Part shown: positions 38,607-52,693 of the stretch, piece after piece
Position numbering within the stretch: the stretch's first letter is position 1
How the letters are laid out: every line of letters begins with the position of its first letter
Assembly (NCBI RefSeq): GCF_963921235.1
Contig: NC_086108.1
Location: 24,676,001-24,740,000, forward strand
Direction: 5' to 3'
Length of the DNA stretch: 64,000 bases
Origin: Mobula hypostoma
Lineage: Eukaryota
Notes under the pieces: generated by a model
The model's database searches: none
The model's input: only the letters and a program-made list of their open reading frames with translations
What the model was told of the DNA's origin: nothing
Translations under genes and position numbers: made by a program

Positions 38607-40902
38607 TAATATCGAGCTTTGCAAATTCTATAGAGCACGGGGTGCTAGCCCATATCACAGGGCTGACTGCTGAAGAGATGCAGTGGAATACATATGTTAA
38701 TTGAGCTTGCATAAAATCAAACACTGGTTAAATTATTTTGTTCAAGGAAGTTCGCAGACCAGATTGATGCTATCACTTAGCAAATTAAACAGCTGATCTA
38801 TCAATAGTTGGGAGATTTTTTCTCTCAGAGTCATCCTCCACAGTATTAATTGTGGGTTTCTGGGATCTCCTGTCCTCAGAACCTTTTCGACCATATGTGT
38901 GAAGTTACCAAGTGACGATAAAAAAGTGTAAACGTTGGAAAGCAACCAGTCTTGTTAGGAATGGTGAAGGATCGACGGGAAGAAAAACAGAAAGATCAGG
39001 TGACAAGAATCCATTCATCTGCCTTTGATTTTTGTGAGAGATGACTCATTCATCTGCAACTCAGTATGTCTTTTTAAGTTATAGGATTTGTAATTATGCT
39101 TTGGAAATCCTTTATGATTTAGAAATCATTTGTAATTTGGAAACCATTTATAAGGTACGAATTGCTGAGTTTTAAATGTGTTTTAAGAATTTTCTCTAAG
39201 TTTAAATATGTATCATTAAAAATACATGAACTGTGTTTAAAATACCTCACTGGCTGGAATCTTCTCCTCCTTGGTAGGGAAGTGCGACCCATCACTCAAA
39301 GGGTAGGTATTGACATCTAAACTCGCCTTCGAGGATAAACAGGGAAGTGGTCTAGCCTTTGAGGAGTAGGTGGCTACTGCGTAACTTCCCTTTAGTGAGT
39401 GTTCCCTTTGCTATCTATATCAGATAGGGCTTAAGATCTTTGTTTGAGTTCGGAACTTCGTGGACAACAAACCCAGTTCCATCATAACAACAAGGCCATG
39501 TGAAGCTGAAATACCCAAAGCCCTGCTCCACTGAGAACAAAAAATGAAGGTGAATTCAGACAGAAACATGGTCAACACCTGCTTAGAAGGATTACTAATC
39601 CGAACATCTGTTCAGGAATAACAGAGGGATATTCCTGATATATGCCACAGGGAATGTCATACTTTACTTCTCCCAAACACATCCTCAGAGTGGCCAAAGA
39701 ACTTCCTCAAAAGCTGACACTTTACTCCTTGATCTAAGTCAAAAGTTATGAAGCCAGAGAATTCAGCAAAGCAATGAAGACAGCATGTCACTAATACATA
39801 ACAAAGTACAAAGTAAATTTATTATCAAAGCAGATATATGTTACCATATACAGCCCTGAGATTTGTTTTATTGCAGACATATTCAGTAAATCGAAGTAAT
39901 GTAATAGGATCAATGAAAACCTGCATCCAACAGGACAAACAATCAAATAATGAAAAAAGACAACAAACTGCAAATACAAAAGAAAAAAAAAATCAAGAAC
40001 ATGAGATGAAGAGCCCTTGAAATTCAGTCCATAGATTGTGGGAACAGTTCAGTGATGGGGACAGTGAGATTGAATGAAGCCCCTATTGGTTCAAGAGCCT
40101 GACAATTGAGGGGTAATAACTGCTCCTGAACACTGGTGGTATGAGCCCTGAGGCTCCTGTACCTTCTTCCTGATGGCAGCAGTGAGAAGGGAGCATGATC
40201 TTGGTTGGTGGGGGCCCTTGATGATGGATTCTACATTCCTGTGACAGTGCTTCATGTAGATGTGCTCATGGTGGGGAGGTCTTTACCCATGGTGGATTGT
40301 GTTGTATCCACTGCTTTTGGTAGGATTGTCCATTCAAGAGTTACCAGGCTGTACCAGGCTGTGATGCAACCAGTCAACATACTCTCCACCACACATCTCT
40401 AGAAGATCGTCAAAGTTTTAGAAGACATGCTGAATTTTCGCAAACTTCTAAGGAAGCAGAAGTGCTGCTGTACTTTCTTCATAATTGCACTTATGTGGTG
40501 GACCCAGGGCAGATCTTCTGAAATGATAACACCAAGGAAGTTAAAGTTGTTGACCCTCTCCATCTCTAATCACCCAATGAGGACTGGCACATGGACGTCT
40601 TGTTTCTTCCTCCTGAAGTCAATAATCTGCTCTTGGTCCTGCTGATATTGAGTGAGAGGTTGCTGTTGTGGCACCCCTCAGTCAGATTTTCAATCTCCCT
40701 CCTATATGCTAATTTGGCACCACCTTTGATTCAGCCAGTGGGTGCTGTCGGCAAACTTGAATATGGCATTGGAGCTGTGCTTAGCCTCACAGTCACAGGT
40801 ATAAGCGAGTAGAGCAGGGGGCGAAGCACTCAGCTCTGTGGTATGCCTGCACTGATGGAGAATGTGGGGGAGATGTCGTTGGCAATCCAAAATGGTATAT
40901 GC

Positions 40903-42096
40903 CAGGGGTCCCCAACCTTTTTTGCACTGCGGACTGGTTTCATGTTGTCAATATTCTTGCAGACCGGCCGACCGGGGTGGGGACAGGGGGGGGGGGATGC
41001 TAATGGACAGGAGTAGCAGTCAAATACATTGTGTTTACCCCAAGGAAGACTACAATGACCATGAAGGCTTGCACGGGCACCAGTGCGCATGCATGACTTG
41101 CGCATGCGTGCACATGCCGTTTTCCTTTCTGTAAATCGTTTTTGGCGATTCTGTTCGGGGGAGGGGTGTTAATTATGACTGCAATATAGGTGATAAGTGG
41201 CTAATACACTCAATTTAGTTTCTAAAAGGGTTTATCTAACGAATTAAATATTAAACACACAGCGCATATTTTCCTCGCATGAATAGAGCGATAAGTCAAT
41301 TATCAGGGGAGGATGGGGGGAGCTTGAAGTAGGTGTTGAACGAACTTCCAGTAGAAGTGATAGAGGCAGGTTCGATATTACCATTTAAAGTTAAACTGGA
41401 CGGCTATATGGACAGGAAAGGAATGGAGGGTTATGGGCTGAGTGCTGGTCGGTGGGACTAGGTGAGAGTAGCGTTCAGCACGGACTAGAAGGGCAGAGAT
41501 GGCCTGTTTTTGTGCTTTAATTGTTATATGGTTATACAAGTCACTTATAAGTCAATAGCATCATAACATTTTAAGTAACCTTTGGATATTAAACACACCG
41601 CATATTTTCCTCGTATGAACATATAAAATCATTGCAACGCACCAACACTGCTGAATCAGTGGGAGCCCTGGGGTGAATACTTGTTTTCCTGCAACAACAC
41701 AGTCCTATCAAGGGGTGGTGGGAGACAGCGATACTTGTATGAGTTCCTTATGTCAAGTCTATTCCGCAATTTAGTTTTCGTTGCATTCACTGCAGAGATG
41801 TGTTGAAAATGGAAGCAACATTTTCAGTGCTTCCGTGTCTATCTCAGAATATTTAGCCTTGACTTTGATCCAGAATGCCGGCAGAGATGTTATGTCAAAC
41901 ATACCTTTTAGCCCGCCGTCATTTGCAAGCTCGAGGAGTTGATCTCCTTCCCGCGCTGACATGGATGACGCATGCGTAGTGAGCTCGCGTGCATTCAAGC
42001 TCAACAGTGGGCGTGACAGGGAATGAGGAAAGGTGCAGCTGACTCATATCGCCAAATCATATCATTTCCTCGCGGCCCGGTGGTTGGGGACCGCTG
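40903..42096 (-). mobile_element. Non-autonomous hAT-Charlie element, copy 1, with transposase C-terminal remnant
   Basis: TIRs caggggtccccaacc / ggttggggaccgctg; 8-bp TSD gtatatgc / gtgtatgc. ORF 41771-42004 DQLLELANDGGLK..FWIKVKAKY.EI...ALK.LLPF is hATC dimerization-like. Confidence 0.92.
41300..41536 (+). mobile_element. CR1 3' end nested in hAT copy 1
   Basis: gaacttccagtagaagtgatagaggcagg..tatatggacaggaaaggaatggagggttatggg..ttgttatatggttata; absent from copy 2. Confidence 0.75.
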
Positions 42097-45089
42097 GTGT
42101 ATGCTGTGGACCTGTCCTGCTGGTAGGCAAACTGGAGCAGGTCCAAGTTGTTTCTCAGGCAGGAGTTCATATGTTCATCACCATACTCTCAAATCATTTC
42201 ATCACAGTGGATGTAAGTGCTACTGGATGACCATCACTGAGGCAGGTTACCATATCCTTCTTAGGCACCGGTATAATTGAAGCCTGTCTGAAGTGAGAGG
42301 TTAATGTATTGGTGTGCAAGCCTGCCAGTAAATTATCACAGGCCTTTAGTACTCAGACAGGTACACCGTCTGGGCCAGATACTTTCTGTAGTTTCGCCCT
42401 CCTGAAAGATACTCTCATGTCAGCCTCAGAGACTGAAATTTTAGGGCCAATGGGGGCTGTAGGATCACGTGAAGGTTCCTCCATGTTGTGATGGTCAAAG
42501 TGAGCATAGAAGGCATTGAGCTCATCTGGAAGTGAAGCCCTGTTGTCACTTATGTCGATTGGTTTCACTTTCTAAGAGGTATTAGCATTCAAGCGCTGCC
42601 AGTGTCAGAGATACTTCAGTGATTCAAGTTTAGTCCAGAATTGCTATCTCACTCATGAGATGGCTTTCCAGAGAAAGTACCTGAACCTCTTGTGGTTTAC
42701 CAGACCTAAATGCCACTGATGTGACCCTCAGCAGACTGCAGATCTCATGGCTCACCCAGGGCTTCTAGCTGGGGTAGACTCTGAACGATTTTGTGGAGGC
42801 ACACTCATCTACTACTGTGTTATAAAGTTCGTGACAGTCGTGGTGTATGCATTCAGATCCTCTGATGAGTCCCCGGTCTACTGACTCAAAGCAATCCTGT
42901 ACCCGCTCCTCTGCCTCTCCCGACCACCCCTTTGATGTCCTTATCTGTGGAGCCTTGATATTTAGCCTCTGCCTCTATGCAGGTAGGATGTGGACAGCCA
43001 AGTGACCAGATATTCTGAAAAGCAGTCTAGGCATGGAACAGTCAGCATTCCTACAAGATCATACCAGCCTCACTAACACGCCTGTAACAGATGAGCAATG
43101 ATGAGTAATGGCTGTTTTCTTTGTTCTGAAAAGGAAAGCAACGATCAATCCAACATTACTTTACAGTCTTGTCTTTGCTCAAAAAGTACAGGTCTGTTTT
43201 TCCTGGTGTCAGTCTATGAGAAAATGCCTAGTCAGCAAATATAAAAACTGAAAACAGAGACCTATGATCTCAGGGTCAGTGCACTCCAAATTTCTGAGAA
43301 ATGGGAATGAAGTGAGAAGCTATTCCTTACTTGCCTGGATTTCTTTTCTATACCTTGTGGCAGACAAATAACATATTTTCAGGATCAAAAATAAAATTAA
43401 AATGCAGATCCTGGAGATCTAAAATAAAAAAATTAAAAATGCTGCAAAAATTTGGCAGGTCAGACAGTGTCTGTAAAGAGAGGAACATTTTGGGTGGAAA
43501 AAAATTCTTCTTGAACTGGGAACGAACCCCATGGTATTCCTCTGCATCTTTCTGATGTTTCAATGTTCTCCACCATGCAAGTTACTAGTATGGAATAAGC
43601 AAGGACTAACCAAAGGTTCCAGCTAGGACAAAATTGGACTTTTGCTTTTTAATGAATTATCTTGCAAATACCAACTATGAACCCTGAATGTTATGCCACA
43701 ACTTTATAAAATGGGTCAGGAGCATCATGTGCTGTGTAACAGAAGAAACAGCCAAATTTCTCCTATGTGTATCACTTGTATTAAATGAAATCGCTCTTAC
43801 ATAAGAACTAATATTAAATTCTGCTTAACAAGATAAGAGTGATTAGACACAGGTTGCTCTGTAAGAAATCTCACAGGTATTATTTGAGTTGTAAGAAACA
43901 TTGTAACCAATTTAGGCACAAAAATGACTCATGGAATATGATAGTGATAATAAATGTGCTTTTTCACTGGTGTTGATGGAAGCATAAATATTGGCGGAAT
44001 TATGTTAATAATTCTTCACAATTCTTCAAAGCAATACCACAAGATCATTTATAAACAGTAAAGAGGACAGGTCCAGTTCAACATTTCTTTTTCCCCAAGA
44101 GGCATATCCCACAGGAATCTGCAGAGTGGAATGCTAACCTACATTATGCAGTCAATTATTTAGAACCTAACCTGAAACTACAACCTGATTCCAATGAGAA
44201 TGCCATCCATCTTTTTCTTGACTAATGTCTTATGGGTTATTTATATTCAATATGGGGTCAAGGTGAGCCTAGCAAGGGAAATAACAACACAGCTTTGTGT
44301 TGTGGGTCAGTTGTAAAGCAAAGAATCCAGGAAAACAGAGCCCTGCACTAGTTTGCCAAAGCCCATTTTAGGCATAAGCATGATCTGAATTCCCACAATA
44401 TTCCAGTGTATGTTCAGTCTGCTGTATCATGAGTTACTTAATTAGAGTTCCTTCTAATAGGTTATGCAAAGTTACTTCTGCCTGGCTAATGGGAATCAAG
44501 CAGAATAGTATCATAGGCTTTCATTACTAAAAATGTGTGATCCTCTGTAAGTATTCTAAGTATTCTCTCTGCTCCAAACACTCTGAATTCCATTCCTTGA
44601 TAGTTACCCACTCCCTTATAAAGATGTTCATTTGTGAACACCTTTTTACTGTATATCCACACTGAGCATCATGAAGCAGAAAAAAATCTTTTAAATATAC
44701 TTGTTTGAAATATTAGCATATTAAATACAAACCTGATTTCCTGAGTTACTTAGTTATTTAATCTGATTGCTTTTATATTACACATCTTTCAGTACTATAA
44801 AACCTGGAAATTCTGGCCGAATTAGATTGCATCACTGTGATTATTTCAGCACCACAATACTGGACAGGGTCTCTCTCAAGGACTGAACTGCATCAAGTGA
44901 CTATTTTTGGATTGAATCATGTCCTTCTAGAAATTTGATGTTGCATTGCTGTGAACGAATTACAATGTCCTCAACACATGCCCATTAACTTGTCTCAATT
45001 GCTTCTTAAGAGGGAAAGATCAGATACTTGGCACGGAAATTATCAACATTGGGAACTTGATAATAACTTGGACTTTGTTGCACAGTGAT

Positions 45090-45570
45090 TGACAGGGACA
45101 CACCTAAGTCTTGCCCGAATTTGTTCTCACAAGGTGCAATACCTCACACTTGTTCGCATTAAATTTCATTTGCCATTCCTCAGCGATTTTTCCAGCTGGT
45201 ACAGATTGTGCTGCAGGCTTTGTCACTTCCTTGCTATGCACTATATGCCAATCTTGGTGTCATCCAGAAATTTGCTGATGCAGTTTACCACATTATCACC
45301 CAGATAGCTGATACAGATGACAAACAGCAATGGACACAGCACTGATCTCTGTGGCACTCCACTAGTCACAGGCCTCCAGTCAGACCTTTTACTACCACTC
45401 TCCCACAAAGTCAGTATCTAATCCAATTGACTGCCTCATCCTGAACACCAAGCAACTGAATATTCTTGACCAACCTCCTATGTGGGGCCTTGTCAAATGC
45501 TTTGCTACAGTCCATGTGGACAACAGTCACTGCCTTTTCTTCATCAATTTTCCTGGTAACCATCTCAAAG
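45090..45570 (-). mobile_element. CR1 RT fragment
   Basis: Homologous to 60300-60750 (gtggcactccactagtcacaggcctcca, ccttgtcaaatgc, agtccatgtggacaac). Confidence 0.8.
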
Positions 45571-46952
45571 GCATGCGCATATACAGTACATCCAGTATGT
45601 GTGTGTCCTTCATCTGATTAAAATTTGAGACACCTGCTCGCCAATGTTCTTTGAGTGGGTGTTTGCATAATACAATAGCTCAATGAGGTCTTATTCCCTG
45701 TCGTGTAAAAGACAACCCCAAGAAATAAAATCTAAGATGTTTGTAAATCTGGACTGTTCACTCAAAATGTTGGCCTGGAACAGAATGATGACTAATCATA
45801 GGGTCAATCGAATTGGAGGTAATATTCTCCAAACTTCCACACCTTCACACTGCAAATGCAAATTGCAGGAGATAAACTGGATGTTTAAGCACATGCACTT
45901 AGCCTTGTGTTCAGCCCCAGGATACATTATTAAGTCTAGGACAATACTATAATTGTGAACTAAAGAGATAGACATGTTTCATATCTAGCCTCTGGCTTCT
46001 CTTTAGCCTTTGCTGTCACATTCCATACAACTCCATTCTCTTGAATGGGGTCACTGATCTTCAGTTAAAGTCAGTGACACCAACGTCTAGTTAAGGGAAA
46101 ATGTCACTATTGGATGTGTGAGATTATAGTCGTATAAAATTATTGACTCTCTCAAGAACTTTTTCTTCTAGAGCAGATGAAGTTTTTGCAAAAGCTCAAT
46201 AAAGGCATAGTTAGCTATTTGTAAAACTGAACTCATCCAAGAAACAGATCACAGAAAGGGGAAAAATGCACTAACAGCAGGTTCACCATGATGGACCTCA
46301 CAATCATTGGCACAACTAATAACCTGTAACAGCTTGCAAGTAAAGAACAGTAATTTGGTCACCGTACTGCAGGGAGTAGAACTGGAACAAGGTTAGTCAC
46401 TGTTAAGGGTCAAATGCACATTTTTTCAATAGTTAACCCATTGGATGGAGAAAAGGGATCGCTGCAATAAATGCTCAGGGCATTATTATTACTAGTCAAG
46501 AAATGCATCTGTGGGAGAATGATTAAAACCTGTGCAGATTAAAATACCATTGGTTGTAAGAACAAGATATTTATTGATTTTGTTTTGTTCATTTAAAAAG
46601 TTTGCCTTGTGTCTTTGGGCTGCTGAAATGATTCAGCTCATTGGAAGCAGTGATAAAAAACATATTTTGTTCACCTATCTTTAAAAAGTGAGAGGAGGAA
46701 TTACTGAAAATGAGAATCCACTTTGTCTGCATTGAATTCTGAAGGTTGATGGACTACTTTAAATTGCTTTTCCATTTTATGCTTCATGACATTTTAATAT
46801 AATGTTATTGTAGCATCACGATGCTTTTATAAACTTTCATTCTTAATACTGCACACTTCCCTTAGAAAGTGTGATAAGGTGACTTGTTTTTTTTAAATGT
46901 GCTTTTATCTGGTCAAGTTGAATGTCCATGGGAGGGAAAACATACTACTCTT

Positions 46953-47261
46953 TCTTCTTAGGCATCCGCTAGTCTCATGAGACCATGGATTTGTGCCTTG
47001 GAAGGTTTCCAGGGTGCAGGCCTAGGCAAGGTTGTATGGAAGACCAGCAGTTGCCCAGGCTGCAAGTCTCCCCTCTCCACACTACTGATGTTGTCCAAGG
47101 GAAGGGCATTAGGACTCATACAGCTTGGCACCGGTATCATTGCAGAGCAATATATGGTTGAGTGCCTTGCTCAAGGACACACACGCTGCCTCAGCCAAAG
47201 TTCGAACTAGTGACCTTCAAATCACTAGACGAACGTCTTAACCACTTGGCCACGCGTCAAC
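46953..47261 (-). mobile_element. tRNA-derived SINE (same family as 55721-56030)
   Basis: Minus-strand head cgtggccaagtggttaagacg..gaaggtcactagttcgaac. 13-bp TSD acatactactctt / acataccactctt (46940-46952, 47262-47274). Confidence 0.88.
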
Positions 47262-49501
47262 ACATACCACTCTTAGTTACAGTTAATTATTGTGAAGTTG
47301 TAGCATGATTTTGGCCTGCAATAATAGGAAAGTTAAAAACAATTTAGTAAGACATAAGATTCAAAAACTGTTTTCATTATACTGAATCTGAATTTTCTGC
47401 GTTTGATACTGACACTGAGAAACTATTTGGCTAAAGGATTTAGACAGAGGCATTAAATCAAAACAAATGATCTAACCTTTGCTTGGTTTAAAGTCACTAC
47501 TGACATAGAAAAATCAAGAGATGAGCAAAGAATATCAATAGTTAAACAAATTATCTGAATATATTTATGTCCAATGTTTTTTCAGCAGGGCACCTTATGA
47601 GGTTCCTCATGAGGCCATGTTTCCTGTAAAGTCACCGTAAAGATAATCACTGTTATTAGCTAAGGTCAGCACAAGGTTATCTGTCAAGCTCCCAAGTTTC
47701 TTATACAATAGAGCCATAAAATTGCAATTTAGAAGGTTTGGGTAGTTGTTGTGAGGAAGCAAACGAAGCTAATGTGAATCTTGCTCCCTCTGTAGATCAC
47801 GCCTGTCCTCCAGCATAGCTCAGGCATTTTCAGATGTTCAGCATATCCAGTCTTTTCTTTTAAATAGTTCAAATGAGCCAACTGTTGTGATAGACTCGCC
47901 TAAATATACAGTGTATGTTTAACATTTAGAAAGATGGAAATAGTGCATCAGAGATTCATAACAGGACAGAAGGAATCTGTGAAATATGAGGTACTTGTGT
48001 CACTGGCACCATTTTCTTCTTCACATGATAACTAACAATTTTCATACTTACTGTTTCCAAAATGTAATCACATATAGAAGGTCAAACTATCTGGCACATG
48101 ATTGGAAGAGGTATCCTTGTATCCCTTTCTGAATAGAACTAAGCAAACTTTTGTGCTATCATATGACAGCTCCCTCCTATTACAGGGACTGAAAGATTAT
48201 GCCAATTCTTCCTACTACGAACATTCCCATCTGCTTTAGAAACATTTTGACACAGTGTATTTTTATTTTAATTACTGCTTGTATTTCATTAGATTTTTGT
48301 TTTCAATTTTTACCCATGAATTAGCAGTAGTCTTTGCATCATTAAGATCCTTGCTCTGCTTACTCTGCCACGGTACAGCAGGCTAAGGAGATCAACTGAG
48401 TCTAGAAACAGGCCAGGTTCAGACTATTGCAAAGGAGAGAACACTGGGATGGAGGATGACATGCAATTAGAGAGAGGTCATAAACAATCGTTGCGTTGAT
48501 TACTGGATATTGATAATAGTGGGGGTGTGGTGGATGAAATTGATATATATTTCAGCACTTCTACATCTCCTAGTGAGAAGATTACATGATATTACATTTA
48601 AAACATAGATGTTCCAGTGGGTGGTGCATAGTTATGGTTTTGGTGGAGGAGGGGGAACTGAAGAAGCAGCCAGTGTGCCAAAGGCCAACAGATAATACCT
48701 ACTCATTTTCTATTCACCTAACCAGTCTGGGTCTTGCTTAGATAAATGCCTTGCAGTAATCTTGAAGTTTCATAGTAGCATGGTTCACTGGAGCTCTGAA
48801 GCTGCTCCTGCAGGAGTGATCTGCAGATGGTTTGAGCCATACTTTGCACATACCCAGGGCTTCTGTGAATTTATGCCTCAGATGGATAGAGGGCAAGGAA
48901 CAAATATCACAGACCTTAGGCTGCTAGCTTTTAAACAAGATTCATCTCTTCATTGAAGCTAAATGCCTTATCCCTGAGATGCAGTGTAGAACATTCAGTT
49001 TTCAAGAAATGACATTTAATTTCACTCAGTCAACTGTTATTCACTAACACCTTCATACCATCAGACAGCTCTGAAGACCATGCAATTTGGTGCCAGCCAT
49101 CCCATTCATATACCTGTTCGAATGACTCCACAAACTCATAAATGTTGCATCCATTAGAGTACTCAACAAAACAGAGACAATTCATGTAGTCTCAAAGCAC
49201 TCTTGAGCCTAATTACCCCACTTTACCCCCTTTGGTTTGGGAATAGACAGAAAAATATACCTATCATCAAAATGTTTAATCTCATTACCAGTGATATGAG
49301 ATTGCTCACAAAAAATATGAATTTGACAAACACTGAAAATAGAACCAATTTTTGTTCTAATTCAACCAAATCTACTTCATGATAATTTTCATGCAACATA
49401 AAGTGGCTTCATAATGTTGTATATTCAGACATTCTTTCTTCCTGTGCAGTTAGAAAGGAAGATGGGTTTCTTGAGCAACATATTAATCCTTTGAAAGAGG
49501 T

Positions 49502-49802
49502 CAAAGTCAAAGTCTGTCCCGATCCTTGTGGCCCATCAGGCCGGTGCTTATGCCAGTTTCTGTGGCGTGAAGAGACTGAGAGTACGAGACTGCCCCCCAC
49601 CCTGCCCCGCCAGATGGGACGCCAGCCTATCGCGAGGTTAACCCACAGCATTTGCCAGTACCCATTTTCAGCTGGGTGGACTGGAGCAGTGTGTGGTTAA
49701 GTGCCTTGCTCAAAGACACAACACACTGCCTTGGCCGAGACTCAAACCCACGACCTTCAGATCGTGAGCCCAACACCCTAACCACATGGCCACGCGCCAC
49801 AT
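49502..49802 (-). mobile_element. tRNA-derived SINE with shared head and a different 3' half
   Basis: Head gcgtggccatgtggttaggg..gaaggtcgtgggtttgagtc..gtgtctttgagcaaggcacttaacc; (gacttt)n tail; exact TSD ctttgaaagaggt at 49489-49501 and 49803-49815. Confidence 0.88.
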
Positions 49803-50490
49803 CTTTGAAAGAGGTAACAGAATCAAAATAGATCGCATCATCCATCCAGTATTTGAAAGGTCTGAAATTCAAATCAAGCTAACTGCCTATCGATTTCTAA
49901 GACAGATGCCTTTTGAATAAGTAAGTTACCGAGTCAACTAGATGTGAGCAACAAAACAGTGAACCAGTCAAAGTTAGTGAGAGAGATTATGGGAAGATAT
50001 ATGTGACTGTCTTCTTCATGAGATGAGCTCCATCAGTCAGATTCTTACGGGAGAAAAGACTTCAGGAGGCAGTGGCATATAGGATTCAAGTGAGTGTGTG
50101 AGAGTGAATGAGAGCAGCACAGATTCCGTCAACTGCCAGGGTAGTTAATTCATCAGAATAAATTTAGCTGGGTTAGACCCCGATGCTGAGCGACATATGG
50201 CACAGAACACCAATCACACTGGACAATTGCCACCTAATTAATTCCTGAGCGTTCATACTCAGTATCTGAAAAGAAACATCTCTGTATCTCAAATTGTGAT
50301 TTAATTTTAGAAATACCTTGCAATTCTTAATGAGTTTCAACATTATTTATTAACTATTTAGAAAACTTTAGCCAATATATGAAACACATTCTTTTAGAAG
50401 ATGGTTGCTTGCTCATTACTTCTAAAAAACATAGTGAAATACAATGTTGCCAAAACATCATTACACAATAATTTATCCAACTGTATTTTA

Positions 50491-51175
50491 TGTAAGGGGT
50501 TTCTTTTATGTTACTGCGTAGGTTAATTAAAATGGCTTCTTTGTTATGATAAATGCTGAGAAAGTTCTCTCACTAGCAGCTTGTTTGGGTTATATTATTG
50601 ATAAAAGAGCAATTTGAACCAATGGGTGCCCATGTTATTCTTTCTTGTGTGTCTGTAAGCTATTGAGATGCACGGGGTTTTGGGCAGAAGGCGCGCTGGA
50701 GACCGAGAGAGTGGACAAGATGCTGTGAGCGGGCCAACGGGGCAGACCTGAGCTGGAGTCCAAGGTCCAGGGTCTTCGGTGAGGAGAGGAGACGAAGACA
50801 GACTCATCTGGAACATCTGGTTGACCACCGTGGGTAGTCCCAGGTGGCAGGTCAAGGTGGTCAGAGGGGATCGAATGGTGAAGAGAGGATCGTTACTAGA
50901 GCTCCAACTGTTTGTGCATGAAGAGATTGAACTTTGATAAGTGTGGCACCTTTTATTTTCCTTTTATATTTTATCTCTATTAATTATATAGTTCCAGTAA
51001 TATCTATAAACTGTAATTCATTTAATCGTATATGATGTATTGTCTGTTATTTGGCGGGGTGGGGTACATCACACAGCATCCACACAAACTTAATTACCCA
51101 GTCTGGCGGGGCTGAGGGCTGTTTCCCCTAGACAACAATGAGTAGAGCGACCCTTAGGCTTACCAGGGGGCTACA
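50491..51175 (+). mobile_element. Solo LTR with perfect 4-bp TSD
   Basis: tgtaaggggt...gggggctaca, flanked by ttta on both sides; homologous to 12954-13905. Confidence 0.85.
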
Positions 51176-51471
51176 TTTACATAGATCAAAATTGTGATCA
51201 GCAATTTAATAACATAAAATTCCAACCCTGGAACGAAGTTATTCAGGAATAAATTTATTAAGTCTGATTTATTCAACTATATTTTTCTTGGATCAAATCT
51301 GTGAGACATGTAATTACCAAATAACATATAAACTTGCAATCTCAGAACCAAGTGATTCAGTACACGTTCATTAAAAGTCTTAAGTTTTGCATTGGAATTA
51401 TACTTCACATTACACAGATCATTTAATGCCATACCAGCAGTTGCTACAGGAAGCTTCTGGACTAGAAAATC

Positions 51472-51865
51472 AAAATCAGTATCAGAAACAGGTTTAATAA
51501 CACCAGCATATGTTGTGAAATTTGTTAACTTTGAGGCAGCAGTAGAATGCAATACATGATAAATATAGGGAAAAAAGCTGAATTACAGTTTATATATTAA
51601 ATGGTTAAATTAAGATAAGCAGAGCATAGGTAGAAGTTTGGAAAAAATAGTGAGGTGGTATTCATGGGTTCAATGGCCTTTTAGAAATTGGATGGCAGAG
51701 GGGAAGATGTTGTTCCTGAATCACTGAGTGTGTGCCTTCAGGTTTCTGTACCTCTTTCCTGATGGTAACAATAAGAAGAGGGCGTGTCCTGGGTGGTAGT
51801 GATCCTTAATAATGGAAGCCACTTTTCAGAGGCACCACTTCTTGAAAATGTCTTGGACACCATGG
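51472..51865 (-). mobile_element. Rex1/L2-like LINE 3' fragment
   Basis: Tail aatcagtatcagaaacaggtttaataacac and body cctgaatcactgagtgtgtgccttcagg..cctgatggtaacaa. Confidence 0.78.
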
Positions 51866-52187
51866 CGGTCAGTAATTACGAGGAATAGGTCATTCTCCTG
51901 CCTTTAATTGATTTCATCCGTTACTACGATGATGCCTAACCTTCAACCTCAACACGATTTTACTACGTGATTCCTCTATCCCTTGGTTCCTCCAATGCTG
52001 AGAAATCTACTGATCTGTCTCGAATGCAACAATAAATGAGCCTTCACAGGATCAAGAGTAGCTTTTCATTACCGTCCTAAATGATTTAACTCTTACTCTG
52101 AGATCTTGACACAAAGTATGTCTAAAACCAGGCTAAACATCATACTTGTGTCTACTCTATCAAGTCCTTCTAAAGTACGTATGGTGA

Positions 52188-52693
52188 ACACTCAGTGGCC
52201 ACTTCATTACCTAATAAAGTGGCCACTGAGTGTATGTTCATGGTCTTTTGCTGTTGTAGCCCATCCACTTCAAGGCGTGATGTGTAGTGTATGCAGAGAT
52301 GCTCTTCTACATACCACTGCTGTATCAGTTGAGGTACTGTTGCCTTCCTATCAGCCTGAACCAGTCTAGCCCTTCTCCTCTGACCTCTTTCATTAACAAG
52401 GCATTTTCGCCAACAAACTCCACTCACTGGACCATTCTCTGTAAACTCTAGACAGTGTTGTATGTGAAAATTCCAGAGAGGCTGAGATACTCAAATCACC
52501 CTGTCTGGTACCACGGTGAAAGTCACTTAGATCACATTTCTTTCCCATTCTGACAACTGGTCTGAACACAACTGAACCACTTGACAATGTTTGCATGTTT
52601 TTATGTAATGAGTTGCTGCCGTATAATTGGCTGATTAGATATCTGCATTAACAAACAGGTTAACAAGTGAAATAAAAAAGCGGCCAGTGGGTG
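52188..52693 (-). mobile_element. Tc1-like DNA transposon remnant
   Basis: TIR-like acactcagtggccactt at 52188, inverted at 52217-52233 and degenerate at ~52677-52694. Transposase N-terminal pieces MGKKCDLSDFHRG..FSHTTLSRVYREW and RKCLVNERGQRR.ARLVQADRKATV. Confidence 0.8.

Larger units (their letters stand above)
39795..43050 (-). mobile_element. Rex1-like LINE (39795-40902 + 42097-43050) interrupted by a hAT element
   Basis: ORF pieces ASLPDELNAFYAHFD..GPDGVP (42353-42568) and AKHSSNAIFKFAD (40702-40890). Tail tttgataataaatttactttgtactttg at ~39800-39830. Confidence 0.85.
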
